Part shown: piece by piece, positions 28,741-38,913 of the stretch
Layout: each line of letters opens with the position of its first letter
Position numbering within the stretch: position 1 is the stretch's first letter
Source: Promethearchaeota archaeon
GTDB taxonomy: Archaea > Asgardarchaeota > Lokiarchaeia > Sigyniarchaeales > SOKP01
Assembly: GCA_019058365.1 (NCBI GenBank)
Contig: JAHPZE010000004.1
Location: forward strand, 1 to 64,000
Reading direction: 5' to 3'
DNA: 64,000 bases
Notes under the pieces: generated by a model
What the model saw: the letters and a program-made list of their open reading frames with translations, nothing else
Database searches by the model: none
What the model was told of the DNA's origin: nothing
Made by a program: the position numbers and the translations under genes

Positions 28741-28808
28741 AAAAAAATATATTCTTTACAATATAAAATAAATTATTAAATAAATACACCAAAATTGATA
28801 GAATTAAT

Positions 28809-29162
28809 ATGACAATCAATCTCGATAATTTGAACGAAGAACAAAAAAAGAAGATATTAAATCTTAATAATTTACAACAGTCTTTTGAATTTATTACATC
28901 TCAAAGAATACAAATTGAGAGCACATTAAGAGAATCTGAGTTAGCCATTGAAGAATTAGAAAAGATAAACACAGATGATGCTGTTTATAAAGCTATTGGA
29001 GGAATCTTAGTCAAAAGTGAAAAAAACAAGTTATTGGATGAGAAAAAAAGTCTAAAAGTCACATTAGAAATGCGGTTAAAAACTTTAAAACAAAAAGAAG
29101 ATAGGGTAAAAAGCCAAATCGAAACTATGAGAAAATCTCTTCAAGCTGATTTCCAAAAATAA
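28809..29162 (+). CDS. pfdB: Prefoldin beta subunit
   Basis: Coiled coil - VYKAIGGILVK hairpin - coiled coil; conserved context. Confidence 0.92.
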   Translation: MTINLDNLNEEQKKKILNLNNLQQSFEFITSQRIQIESTLRESELAIEELEKINTDDAVYKAIGGILVKSEKNKLLDEKKSLKVTLEMRLKTLKQKEDRVKSQIETMRKSLQADFQK

Positions 29163-29179
29163 AATTCAAAGAATTTTTT

Positions 29180-30187
29180 ATGTTGAAATTCAAATTTGAT
29201 AATTTTATAGCTTTTATACAAAACAAAACTATTAAAATTCTAACTCATGATTTAGTAGATATTGATGGGTTAGCCTCTTGTGTAACTTTAAAATATTTTT
29301 TAACTCAATACTTCAAAGAACAAGAGATATCAATATATTTTTCAGAATTTGCTAAATCAACAAAACAATATATTAGAAACCTCACCAAAAAGTTTCCTGA
29401 GTTTGATTTTTCATTCAGTAAAAGCTTCAAAGCATCTGGTACTGATGTTATTTTGATAGTTGATACAAATAATTTAAACCAAATTGAATTAAATAATAAT
29501 TTGGATCTCTCGAATTTAGGGATTCCTCTTATATTTATAGATCATCATTATCTCGGGGAAAAATTAGAAAAAACAAAATTAAATGCATCAAATTTAATAT
29601 TTGAAAATTATTCTTCAACAGCAGAGATTATATTAAATCTCTTCGAATATTACAAAATTCCATTAACCGTTCCTTTGAAAATACTTATAATTGCGGCAAT
29701 TATAACTGATTCGGGCTTTTTCAAACATGGAAACAACAGAACAATTCAAAATGTAAGTAAATTAATTGGAGAAGATATCAATATTCAAGATATTTTTTTT
29801 CTATTAAAAAATGAAATAGATATCTCAGAAAAAATCGCTAAAATTAAAGGAATGCAGAGAGTTAAAATGATTCGAGAAGGGGATTTTTTAATCGGAATTT
29901 CAAAAGTTAGCAGTTATGGGGCAAGTGTTGCCATGAAGTTAATTAATTTAGGTTTTGATGTTGCAATTGTTCTCTCAAAAGAAGAAAATCAATATAGAAT
30001 TAATACTCGAGCTAAAAAGGCGGTTTGTATAAATACAGGCCTACATTTAGGGAAAATATTAGAAGAAATCTCAGAAAAATACAAAGGGAATGGTGGTGGG
30101 CATGACGGTGCGGCATCTTTAACTAGTAATATAGAATCAGATACGATTATCACTCAAATTATTGAAAAAATTAAACACTATTTATAA
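29180..30187 (+). CDS. DHH-family phosphoesterase (NrnA-like)
   Basis: TH..DIDG, IVDT, IDHH, TDSGFF, GGGHDGAA. Confidence 0.92.
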   Translation: MLKFKFDNFIAFIQNKTIKILTHDLVDIDGLASCVTLKYFLTQYFKEQEISIYFSEFAKSTKQYIRNLTKKFPEFDFSFSKSFKASGTDVILIVDTNNLNQIELNNNLDLSNLGIPLIFIDHHYLGEKLEKTKLNASNLIFENYSSTAEIILNLFEYYKIPLTVPLKILIIAAIITDSGFFKHGNNRTIQNVSKLIGEDINIQDIFFLLKNEIDISEKIAKIKGMQRVKMIREGDFLIGISKVSSYGASVAMKLINLGFDVAIVLSKEENQYRINTRAKKAVCINTGLHLGKILEEISEKYKGNGGGHDGAASLTSNIESDTIITQIIEKIKHYL

Positions 30188-30249
30188 TCTAAGTTTTAAA
30201 TAATCATAAATTATAAGAGAATAGGATTTATACTGGATAGGGTTTTATC

Positions 30250-31089
30250 ATGGATTTAGTACGATTTGAGAGTTTCTATTATCGGTATAAAGGAAATGAA
30301 GAATATACCCTAAATAATATTAATTTAAAAATTGAAGGTAATGACTCTAAATTTATTTTATTAGCCGGTGAAACCGGTTCCGGGAAAACATCATTAATTA
30401 GATGCATGAATGGTTTAATACCACAATTTTATGCTGGTTTTTATAGAGGAAAAGTGGAGATACGAGGAAAAAACACAATTGAAACACCAATAGCCGATTT
30501 ATCTACTGAAGTAGGAATTGTTTTTCAAAATCCAGAAAATCAATTAATCTCTATGAACGTTGAACATGAAATTGCTTTTGGTTTAGAGAATTTAGGCGTT
30601 CCACCAAAAGAGATTTTGAGCCGAATAAAGCAGACTGCTTCATTAACTGAAATTGAAGATATTCTAGATAAAGCACCTTTTGAATTGAGCGGTGGGGAAC
30701 AACAAAGAGTTGCTATAGCATCGATCCTCGTATTAGAACCGAAAATTTTGATCTTAGATGAGCCTACTGCTTTACTGGACCCTTATATGGCTAATAAAAT
30801 AATTAATTTATTACAAGAGATAAGAAGAGAAAAAAATATTACAATTTTAATTAGTGAACACCGTCTTGATCTAATTTTACCATTTATAGAGCAAATAATT
30901 TTAATGAAGAAGGGCATTATTGTTGAGCATGACTCTTGCGAAAAAGTCATAAATGGGGAAAATTTTCAAAGATTAAGATTAAATAAACCCGTAATTTTCT
31001 CAATCTTTAATCAGCTCAAAAAAGAAAATTTATATAATAAAAATATACCTATTTCCATTTCAGAAGCCATAAAAACTTTGAAAATTTAA
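30250..31089 (+). CDS. ecfA: ECF transporter ATPase A
   Basis: GETGSGKT, FQNPENQL, LSGGEQQR, LDEP. Confidence 0.9.
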   Translation: MDLVRFESFYYRYKGNEEYTLNNINLKIEGNDSKFILLAGETGSGKTSLIRCMNGLIPQFYAGFYRGKVEIRGKNTIETPIADLSTEVGIVFQNPENQLISMNVEHEIAFGLENLGVPPKEILSRIKQTASLTEIEDILDKAPFELSGGEQQRVAIASILVLEPKILILDEPTALLDPYMANKIINLLQEIRREKNITILISEHRLDLILPFIEQIILMKKGIIVEHDSCEKVINGENFQRLRLNKPVIFSIFNQLKKENLYNKNIPISISEAIKTLKI

Positions 31090-31098
31090 TTACAAATT

Positions 31099-31968
31099 GT
31101 GTTGATGATAAGAATGGCTAGAGAGATACCTCTGATTATGATGAAAGAAATTGGATACACATATCCAAATGGAACTAGGGCTTTAAAAAATATAAATTTA
31201 AATATTTTTACAGGAGAATTAATTGGAATAATGGGAAGAAATGGAGCGGGTAAAACTAGCCTTATTCGAACTTTAAATGGCTTAATTAGGCCAATTTATG
31301 GTAATATATATATTAAAAACGAAAATATTAATTCTAAAAGTATTGCGACATTATCTAAGATCGTGGGAATTATTTTTCAAAACCCTTTCCATCAACTTTT
31401 TGCTAATTCAGTTGAAGAAGAAATTAACTTTTCTTTGAGAAGTTTAAATCTAAGTAAAGAAGAAATCCAAAAAAGAACTGATCAAACATTACGCGAATTT
31501 GATCTTGAGAAGTATAGAAAGCGATCTCCCCTCAATTTATCTGGAGGAGAATCTAAAAAGCTTGCGGTTGCTTCAATTATTTGTAGAGATCCCCAAATCC
31601 TAATTTTCGATGAGCCTACCTTAGGTCAAGATGCAAAAGAAATTGAATTTTTTATTAATTTAATTAATAATGAAAGAAAAAAAAGAAAGACGATCATTAT
31701 AATTACTCATAATATTGAGTTTGCTTATGAATATATACCTCGGACGATTCTAATGACTGAAGGCCAAATTATAGCTGATGGTTCTACAATAGAAGTATTG
31801 AATAATGAGTTTTTAATAGAACAAACATCATTAATTTTACCACAAATTTGCCAATTTAATTTAGCATTACAAGAGTTAGGTTTGCAAGAAATAAACAAAA
31901 TATCTTCAAAGAATGATATGACGGATTATTTAAGGAATCTTATAAAAAATAAATCTTCAAAAATTTAG
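31099..31968 (+). CDS. ecfA: ECF transporter ATPase A'
   Basis: GRNGAGKT, FQNP, LSGGESKK, FDEPTLGQD. Confidence 0.9.
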   Translation: MLMIRMAREIPLIMMKEIGYTYPNGTRALKNINLNIFTGELIGIMGRNGAGKTSLIRTLNGLIRPIYGNIYIKNENINSKSIATLSKIVGIIFQNPFHQLFANSVEEEINFSLRSLNLSKEEIQKRTDQTLREFDLEKYRKRSPLNLSGGESKKLAVASIICRDPQILIFDEPTLGQDAKEIEFFINLINNERKKRKTIIIITHNIEFAYEYIPRTILMTEGQIIADGSTIEVLNNEFLIEQTSLILPQICQFNLALQELGLQEINKISSKNDMTDYLRNLIKNKSSKI

Positions 31969-31983
31969 GAGGAATGCTGTTAC

Positions 31984-32751
31984 ATGTCCTTAGAATTTCT
32001 GAATGCATTCAAATTTATGAAAAAAAAATCTTTTCTACATAATTTAGACCCACGTGCAAAATTATTATTCTCAATTGTATATACAATAAGTGCTCTATTA
32101 TTCACACAAATTTTGCCTTTATTCTTCATTTTTTTGAGTTTAATTCCCTTAATCCTTTTAGGAAAAATATTTAGACAATGGGTTAAAAGCATACGTGGTC
32201 TGTCATTCTTGGTCCTCTTCATAATTATTCTAAATACGTTGTTCATTTCATTATCATTTGCGCTAGCAATGATATTGAGAATTTATATTATGGTATCTGC
32301 TTTTTCAATCTTTTTCTTAACTGTTGATCCTAATGATTTAGCACTGTCTTTGATTTCAATGAAATTACCATATGAATTTGCTTTCTCATTCTCATTAGCT
32401 TTTAGATTTGTCCCTACTATCGCAAATGAAGCTCAAAACATATTAGATGCTCAACAGAGTAGAGGATATGAAATGCAAAAAAAAGGTCTTATTAATCAAA
32501 TAAAAAATCTTTTTCCACTCTTAGTTCCTTTAATAATTAGTTCAATCAAAAGAGCCTTTAATGTTGCGGAAGCTCTTGAATCAAGAGCTTTTGGTAGTAG
32601 AAAAGACCGTACGTATTATTACACTATAAAATATTCTTTTAAAGATTTTGTATTTACTCTTTATTTATTAGTGTTTTTAGCATTTGTAATTTTTATTAGA
32701 GTTCAATTTAATTCGATGCCTGATTTTCTAATGTGGAGTTTACCGGTTTGA
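31984..32751 (+). CDS. ecfT: ECF transporter transmembrane component T
   Basis: LDPRAK, AFRFVP, AQQSRG and ALESRAF conserved Arg motifs. Confidence 0.92.
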   Translation: MSLEFLNAFKFMKKKSFLHNLDPRAKLLFSIVYTISALLFTQILPLFFIFLSLIPLILLGKIFRQWVKSIRGLSFLVLFIIILNTLFISLSFALAMILRIYIMVSAFSIFFLTVDPNDLALSLISMKLPYEFAFSFSLAFRFVPTIANEAQNILDAQQSRGYEMQKKGLINQIKNLFPLLVPLIISSIKRAFNVAEALESRAFGSRKDRTYYYTIKYSFKDFVFTLYLLVFLAFVIFIRVQFNSMPDFLMWSLPV

Positions 32752-33434
32752 TCAAAAAAGAATTTAATATTGAAGATTTAAATTTACACTTTTTTGTTGG
32801 GATCAATCAAATTAAAATAAATTTAGACAAGATTTTAGATTTTAATAAAATTAATGATGAAAAAAATGCTTTAAATCAATTTTTTAAAAGAGTTGCAGAC
32901 CTCCAAAATAAAAATGAAAATTCTATGCTACAATTTGTTAAGAATGAATATATCTTAAACTGTAATCATATTTTTATGGCATGCTACAATTTGCAAAAAG
33001 CATTTCAACAAAATATTAACATTTCGAGCAAAAAAAAGATCGAGTTGTTATTATATTTAGCAACTAATAAGCAAATTAACAAGAGTATTGAAGCTTTTGG
33101 AATTGATTATTCTGATTTAAATAAAGAGAATTGCACTTATTGTATCATCTCTCCGATTGATAATTTAAATAGAATTAATGATGAATTATTGCAAATGCTC
33201 GGGGCAGAAGAGACATTATTAACTCTAAATAATCAAACGCTAAAAAAATTCAATAAAATTAAAGAATTTTTTAAAATATCTGAAGACCAAATCAAAATAA
33301 TATTAAATTCTTATGGGATAGAAATCAACAAAACAGAAATTAATTTAACTTCTAAGTATTCTGCTTTAAATGACTTAATTTGTGAAAAAATGGCTTTATT
33401 GGGTTTGGAACAAGTTAAATTCAAGAGAGACTAG
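32733..33434 (+). CDS. cgi121: KEOPS complex subunit Cgi121-like
   Basis: IELLLYLATNKQINKSIEAFGI and C-terminal ICEKMAL motifs. Confidence 0.8.
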   Translation: MEFTGLIKKEFNIEDLNLHFFVGINQIKINLDKILDFNKINDEKNALNQFFKRVADLQNKNENSMLQFVKNEYILNCNHIFMACYNLQKAFQQNINISSKKKIELLLYLATNKQINKSIEAFGIDYSDLNKENCTYCIISPIDNLNRINDELLQMLGAEETLLTLNNQTLKKFNKIKEFFKISEDQIKIILNSYGIEINKTEINLTSKYSALNDLICEKMALLGLEQVKFKRD

Positions 33435-33972
33435 TTTTTTCATTTTTTACCTTAATTATCTCACTTTCTTTCAAAAAAGATATTCCAGTAATATTTCCTA
33501 AAATTTCAACCCTAATTATTTTATCTGGATTTTCAAGATCGACTTTGTAATCAATAGCACTAGCTATAGCTTCAATAAAATGCTCCCTTTCAATTTTTGC
33601 ATGATGTCTTCGTTTTAATATTATTTTAAAAGATTCTCCTTCATTAAGAAAATCTTTATGATGTTCTTGTATAAGGTATTTTATTGTTTTTGTATCTGTT
33701 TCGCACGTAAAATCAATTGGTACAATTTTTAGAATAAATTGGAAATAATTAAGATTTTTTTTCTGAAATTTTTTTATTTTAGAAAGAACTTGTTTTGAAT
33801 TCAAATTGGTTAAAGCGGTAATTAATCCAGGAAACTGAATTCCTGAGATGATTGGGTAAGTATCACCACACATTAATAAAATGAACCATAATTCCGATTT
33901 CGCATTTGTTTCGTTGTATCGAGAAGTTGAGACTAATAGATTAAAATTTTTCATCCATATCACTCCTTTCAT
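33421..33972 (-). CDS. THUMP-domain RNA-binding protein
   Basis: FNLLVS, LKIVPID, SFKI..KRR, KVDLENPDKIIRVEILG. Confidence 0.88.
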   Translation of the reverse strand: MKGVIWMKNFNLLVSTSRYNETNAKSELWFILLMCGDTYPIISGIQFPGLITALTNLNSKQVLSKIKKFQKKNLNYFQFILKIVPIDFTCETDTKTIKYLIQEHHKDFLNEGESFKIILKRRHHAKIEREHFIEAIASAIDYKVDLENPDKIIRVEILGNITGISFLKESEIIKVKNEKTSLS

Positions 33973-34628
33973 TCTGATAAATAATCTGCTATCTCTTCCT
34001 CAGAAATCTCCCCAATACGCAAAAATTTTATCTTTTGAGAGGTACAATCAATGATAGTAGTAGGGAGTTTCGATTTTGACTTACCTCCATCAACAATATA
34101 GTCTATAGGACTTAATATTTTTTTTGTTACTTCTTCTCCACTAATTGAGGGCGGTTCTCCAGAATAATTAGCAGAAGTCCCTATAATTCCACCGAAATGT
34201 CCTTCTTCCTTTAGTAAATTTAAAATGCTTAAAATTATTTCATTTTTAGGGACTCGTAAACCTATTGTATTTTGAAAGGCTGTAACTTCTGGAGGAATAA
34301 TACAAGGCTCTTTTTTTTTTAATATCATTGTTAATTGACCTGGCCAATATTTGATTGCGAGTTTTCTTGCGATATTATTAAATTCAGCAATTCTAGTAGC
34401 TTCTTCATAATCTGAAACCAATAATAATAATCCTTTTGATCTATCTCGAAATTTAATGTCATAAATTTTATTTATAACTTCTAAATTTTGAGGGTCTCCT
34501 CCAATTCCATAAACACTGTCGGTAGGAAAACTAATTATTTTTCCTTGAACTATAAAATCAACTGCAGTTTTTAAGTAGACTTCAATATCTTTTAATTTTT
34601 TTCCTGCTAATTTAACTAAAAATCCCAT
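33969..34628 (-). CDS. sua5: L-threonylcarbamoyladenylate synthase (short TsaC/Sua5 form)
   Basis: FPTDSVYGIG, IKFR, WPGQLT, IGLRVP, TSANYSG, PTTIID. Confidence 0.93.
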   Translation of the reverse strand: MGFLVKLAGKKLKDIEVYLKTAVDFIVQGKIISFPTDSVYGIGGDPQNLEVINKIYDIKFRDRSKGLLLLVSDYEEATRIAEFNNIARKLAIKYWPGQLTMILKKKEPCIIPPEVTAFQNTIGLRVPKNEIILSILNLLKEEGHFGGIIGTSANYSGEPPSISGEEVTKKILSPIDYIVDGGKSKSKLPTTIIDCTSQKIKFLRIGEISEEEIADYLSE

Positions 34629-34689
34629 AAATGTTAGTTATTTTTTTTTCCTTATACTAATATAAATTTTTCTTTCAATATTATTTCAT

Positions 34690-36141
34690 TTAGAAATCAA
34701 ATGAATTAGAAAAAGAATCCAATTTTTTATACTTACTTGAAATTTTAATTATATTTGATCGTTTTTTTGTACTTTTGTATCTTTTTATTGGAAGTATAAT
34801 GCCTTCCTGTGAAGCTAATTCCCTCCACCGTACTTTCCAACTAGTGGGAATTGTATTTTGCTTTAAAGATTTTATATTTTTTTGTAAAATTCTGGTAAAG
34901 AAATCAAATAATTGTATGAAATGCTGCTTAGAGCTTGTAATGAAATTATGATAATCTTTGAATAAAAATACTAAATTATCTGGTCTTATATCAACTTTTT
35001 TAAAATTAATGTGATGCAATCCTATTTCACCATTTAAATAATCCTGCAACGTAAAAACTTCACCAGTTAAGATATCAACAAAATTCCATTGGTAATATTT
35101 TTTTAAATAATTAAAAAAACTTTGAAAACTTGAAAATGTTTTCGGTGGATCAATTATTATTAGATTATTCTGGCCCATTATCATGACAGTTTGAAACAAT
35201 GCATTAGAGATCCTAAATTTTTGCGATTTAAATTTAGGAGGATAACCATGCGAAGTAAGTTCGACCCCTAATTGCTGATATGTAGGTTCAAATTCCTCAA
35301 TTAATTGAGTCATTGATTTTCCTATTCTTTCAATGAACCACTCATATCTTATTTTATTTAAATTAATATAAGAATCTATATCAATACCAATTTGATCTGT
35401 TTCTTTTCTAAGATTCTTTATAGTAGGGTAATAATTTCCATTTTTAATTTCAAGATATTTAGAATCCAAAAAATCCTTTAAACACCGCCCATCACTCATT
35501 ATACCAACGTCATATAGGTATTCTGTTAAATTATTTGCTATCCTATTAGCACACAACCATCGGGAAATGTAATCTGTTAAATAATTAAGATTGACAAATT
35601 CATCAGTAATAATATTGATATTCTCAGCTGTAGGGATAAAAACATGATTTTTTATGTCCATTATTCGAGGATCAAGAATTTTCTTTAATTGGTTGTAGTA
35701 TAATCCCAGTTTCGCCTGATCTTTTAGTTCACTAAGAGAGGTACCATTTTGCTTTAACCAATCATAGGTTATTTTGCTTATTTCTTCATTAGTTAATCCT
35801 TCAATTTCAGCAAAATCTGGTCTTTCTTGAAGCAAATTATCAATAGTCGGAAGAAATTCAAGTTTCTCAATTTTTTTTCTCATTTTATTCAAGAATTCGA
35901 TCATTTTCGCATTTTTAATTGAACCCGCTTCTAATTTTAATTTAATTAAACTCTCAAATCTTATCTCCTCTTTTTCATATCTAGATTTAAACCAAAATAT
36001 AATATAATGTGGATCGAATTTTTCCACACCAGAATCTTGAAGAACTCTGTTGTAAGTGGGTATATATTTTAAGTTATTAATTTCATTTATTTTAGAATCT
36101 AAAAAACGGTAAATCCTTTCTAATATTGATATATTATTCAT
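34690..36141 (-). CDS. Protein with four N-terminal helical repeats and a C-terminal HNH-like nuclease motif
   Basis: Repeat consensus FLDxxxxEIxxxx(Y/F)xPT..N..W; C-terminal LHHINFKKVDIRPDNLVFLFKDYHNFI. Confidence 0.6.
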   Translation of the reverse strand: MNNISILERIYRFLDSKINEINNLKYIPTYNRVLQDSGVEKFDPHYIIFWFKSRYEKEEIRFESLIKLKLEAGSIKNAKMIEFLNKMRKKIEKLEFLPTIDNLLQERPDFAEIEGLTNEEISKITYDWLKQNGTSLSELKDQAKLGLYYNQLKKILDPRIMDIKNHVFIPTAENINIITDEFVNLNYLTDYISRWLCANRIANNLTEYLYDVGIMSDGRCLKDFLDSKYLEIKNGNYYPTIKNLRKETDQIGIDIDSYINLNKIRYEWFIERIGKSMTQLIEEFEPTYQQLGVELTSHGYPPKFKSQKFRISNALFQTVMIMGQNNLIIIDPPKTFSSFQSFFNYLKKYYQWNFVDILTGEVFTLQDYLNGEIGLHHINFKKVDIRPDNLVFLFKDYHNFITSSKQHFIQLFDFFTRILQKNIKSLKQNTIPTSWKVRWRELASQEGIILPIKRYKSTKKRSNIIKISSKYKKLDSFSNSFDF

Positions 36142-36426
36142 TTTTCATCCAATTTCTTCTAACTTTTTCTAATAACATTAAATTACTCTTGATTATTCTA
36201 TTTAAATTCATAATTAATCCCAAAAATATCCGGAGTTAAGTAATTTAGGATACTATCAAGGGCTTAATAATATATAATAAATTTTTATTTAAAAATCTTA
36301 TTATATTCTTAGTCTCTTTATATTATCTTTATATAATTTTCAGCTGATATTTTTACTAAATAAATTTATATGCGTTTTTTACTATTTTTTTATTAAAAAC
36401 TAACTAAAAATGAAAAAGAATTAATT

Positions 36427-36753
36427 ATGGAAGATAAATATACACTGAAAATCCCAATGGAAATAAAAGATCTAATCCAGAAATATATTGAAAGAAATCC
36501 TTCACTTGGATTTAAGAAAGTTTCAAAATATATATTACATTTATTACAAATTGAAGCTAAAAGAATATTAGATAATAATCCCGAATTAGATGATATCGTT
36601 AAAGTAGATAAAAATACTTATGTAAAAAGGTCTGCTTTATCAAAATATAAAAAAGGAGAATTAAAAGATAATTGGCAATCGTTTAAAATAAATTTTGAAA
36701 CCGGAGAGATCACTAAAATTGAAGATGAGATTAATAATAATAAAAAGAAGTAA
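36427..36753 (+). CDS. Small RHH-like DNA-binding protein
   Basis: YTLKIPMEIKDLIQKYIE...GFKKVSKYILHLL strand-helix-helix pattern. Confidence 0.55.
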   Translation: MEDKYTLKIPMEIKDLIQKYIERNPSLGFKKVSKYILHLLQIEAKRILDNNPELDDIVKVDKNTYVKRSALSKYKKGELKDNWQSFKINFETGEITKIEDEINNNKKK

Positions 36754-36849
36754 AAATCTATATTCCATTCATTAATAGTAATTTCTTTTCAGATTTCAGG
36801 AGTTAATATAATAAATTCTAGTCCAAATTCTTGACTAACTTTTAAAAAA

Positions 36850-38625
36850 TTAAAATTCATTTTTGAAAAACATTTTTTCTTGTATATCACCTAGTCTACA
36901 AATAACATAGTCATCCGGTAAAAAATTATAGCCTAGTTCATCCTTCATTTTTTCTTCTATTAGTAAATCATTCGATTTGAGGGTTGTAATGTATTGAAAA
37001 TTTCTTACCTTAGATTCTTGAAAAATGTAATTTAAAACATTTACTTTAGTTAGAGTATCCATTTCTGTAAAAATACCATCATGTATAATAAATTTTGGAA
37101 CATATCTATTCTCAATTATGTTTCTTATAAAAATAGTAAAATCATAAACAAATAATTTATATCTTGTTTTTCCAAGCGAATCTTCTCTTGGAACTTGAAC
37201 TTCAATCTTTAAAGGGATCTCATTAGATCTAGTTGCTTCAAAAAATTCAATGTTTAAAAATGCTTCTGTTATTTTTTCTTGTAAATTAATTGTCTTTTTT
37301 ACAATATTTAAAAAGGTGGAGGAAATCTTCTCTCTTTCTTGTTTTAAATCACTTATCTCCTTCTTTAAAATTTTTTCTGATTTAGACTTATTTACTTTTT
37401 CTTCGGTTATTTTCAATTCAACACTATCAATTTTTTTAAAATAAGTGTTAATTTCCTCATATTTTTCTTTTTCTTTTATTAGTTTTTCGTATATGTTCTT
37501 AATACTATCTAATGCATCTTTTTCATCTAATTTTTGATATAATTTGCTCCTTCTTGAATCTAAATCAATCAATTTTTCTTGGATTTCTTTTCGTTGCTTA
37601 TTTAAATTATCTATCTCTGAATTCAAAAAGTTTTTTCGGTTTAATGATAATTTCTCTCGAAATTCAAGGACTTGTTGAAGTTTATCTTTAATTATAGGAG
37701 TTATCTTTTTATTAACCTCATTATATATTCTAATAACTTGATCTTTATCAAATTCTGGTAGTTTCAATTCAAAACTTTTTTTAAGATTTTTTAATCTTAT
37801 TTCTATTTCATGTTTTTTTTTTAAAAGAGAAGATACATCATTTGATAAATTTAATATTTCTTCTTCTAAATCTTCATATAACTTATTTATTCGAAAGAAA
37901 TCTATCTGTTCTTCATATTGTTTTATTCTTTCTTCGAGGAGTATCTTTTCAGATTTTATTTCATTATAATTATTACCGTTTTGTTCCATTGATTCAATTA
38001 AATTGGTCTTTTGATCTTCAAAAACTGAAATAGTTTCATTTATTTTAACCGCATTTGAAAAATTATAATTAGGGAGATTCATTAAAATCAGATTTATATT
38101 CAAATAATCTCCCTTCTTTTTTGATGTGTGAATAAAATTTACAGGATTTGTAATTGATGAAATTTTACTATCGTCTTTAATAAAAAATATTATTAGATCT
38201 CTAAAATATTTAGAATAAATATCTCCTTCATAATCTAAATGACCAAAAATATTGTCAAATAAAATTGTTTTTGCTTCCTTTATACTATATTCTATTAATT
38301 TTGAAAAATTCATACCAAGTTTAACTTTACTTAACTTGTTGAACTCTTTTTTTATGAAGAAACTTTCTCCTTTTATTTCAAGTTCTAATGTTGCCGTATG
38401 ATTTCTAAGAAATGTGAATTTTTTTTGCTGAAAAAGATTCCGAGAAGCACTAGAAAGAAACATTAAGTCTATTAAATTGACTATTAGTGTTTTTCCAATA
38501 CCATTTAATTCTCCTCTTCTTCCCTTTTCAGTTTCATATTCCCCAATAATTATATTTAATCCATCTTTAAATCTAATCTCATCAAATGCTTTTGTCTCAG
38601 AAAAGAGCCTTTTTAGAAATGTCAT
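36850..38625 (-). CDS. SMC-like ABC ATPase (DUF2326 / Lamassu LmuB-like)
   Basis: IRFKDGLNIIIG, Walker A NGIGKT, long coiled coil, degenerate signature SLGK, Walker B FIIHDG, FQYITT. Confidence 0.82.
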   Translation of the reverse strand: MTFLKRLFSETKAFDEIRFKDGLNIIIGEYETEKGRRGELNGIGKTLIVNLIDLMFLSSASRNLFQQKKFTFLRNHTATLELEIKGESFFIKKEFNKLSKVKLGMNFSKLIEYSIKEAKTILFDNIFGHLDYEGDIYSKYFRDLIIFFIKDDSKISSITNPVNFIHTSKKKGDYLNINLILMNLPNYNFSNAVKINETISVFEDQKTNLIESMEQNGNNYNEIKSEKILLEERIKQYEEQIDFFRINKLYEDLEEEILNLSNDVSSLLKKKHEIEIRLKNLKKSFELKLPEFDKDQVIRIYNEVNKKITPIIKDKLQQVLEFREKLSLNRKNFLNSEIDNLNKQRKEIQEKLIDLDSRRSKLYQKLDEKDALDSIKNIYEKLIKEKEKYEEINTYFKKIDSVELKITEEKVNKSKSEKILKKEISDLKQEREKISSTFLNIVKKTINLQEKITEAFLNIEFFEATRSNEIPLKIEVQVPREDSLGKTRYKLFVYDFTIFIRNIIENRYVPKFIIHDGIFTEMDTLTKVNVLNYIFQESKVRNFQYITTLKSNDLLIEEKMKDELGYNFLPDDYVICRLGDIQEKMFFKNEF

Positions 38626-38637
38626 ATTTATTTTTTT

Positions 38638-38913
38638 TTATTTTAGAAATTTATCCATTTTAGATTGGGAAGATCCTCTCATTACTATTCTATAATCTTT
38701 AAAATATATAACATCTATGAAATATAGAAATGTTATTGCATCAAGTAATAGATTGATTGTTCTCCTTGAATCTTCTTCAATAAATGTTTTAAGTATATCA
38801 TCTAAAATAACGTATTTTTTTTTTTTTAAACGTTCTTTAATTAATTGAATTACTTCCGCACTTATTATTAGTAAGTTAAGTGACAGATCTGATTCAGGTT
38901 CTGGGATAATCAT
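38638..38913 (-). CDS. ABC-three-component middle component (LmuC-like)
   Basis: ~90-aa wHTH-like protein (MIIPE...LLIISAEVI...LDAITFLYFIDVI) between the effector and the SMC ATPase; ATG overlaps the upstream stop. Confidence 0.7.
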   Translation of the reverse strand: MIIPEPESDLSLNLLIISAEVIQLIKERLKKKKYVILDDILKTFIEEDSRRTINLLLDAITFLYFIDVIYFKDYRIVMRGSSQSKMDKFLK

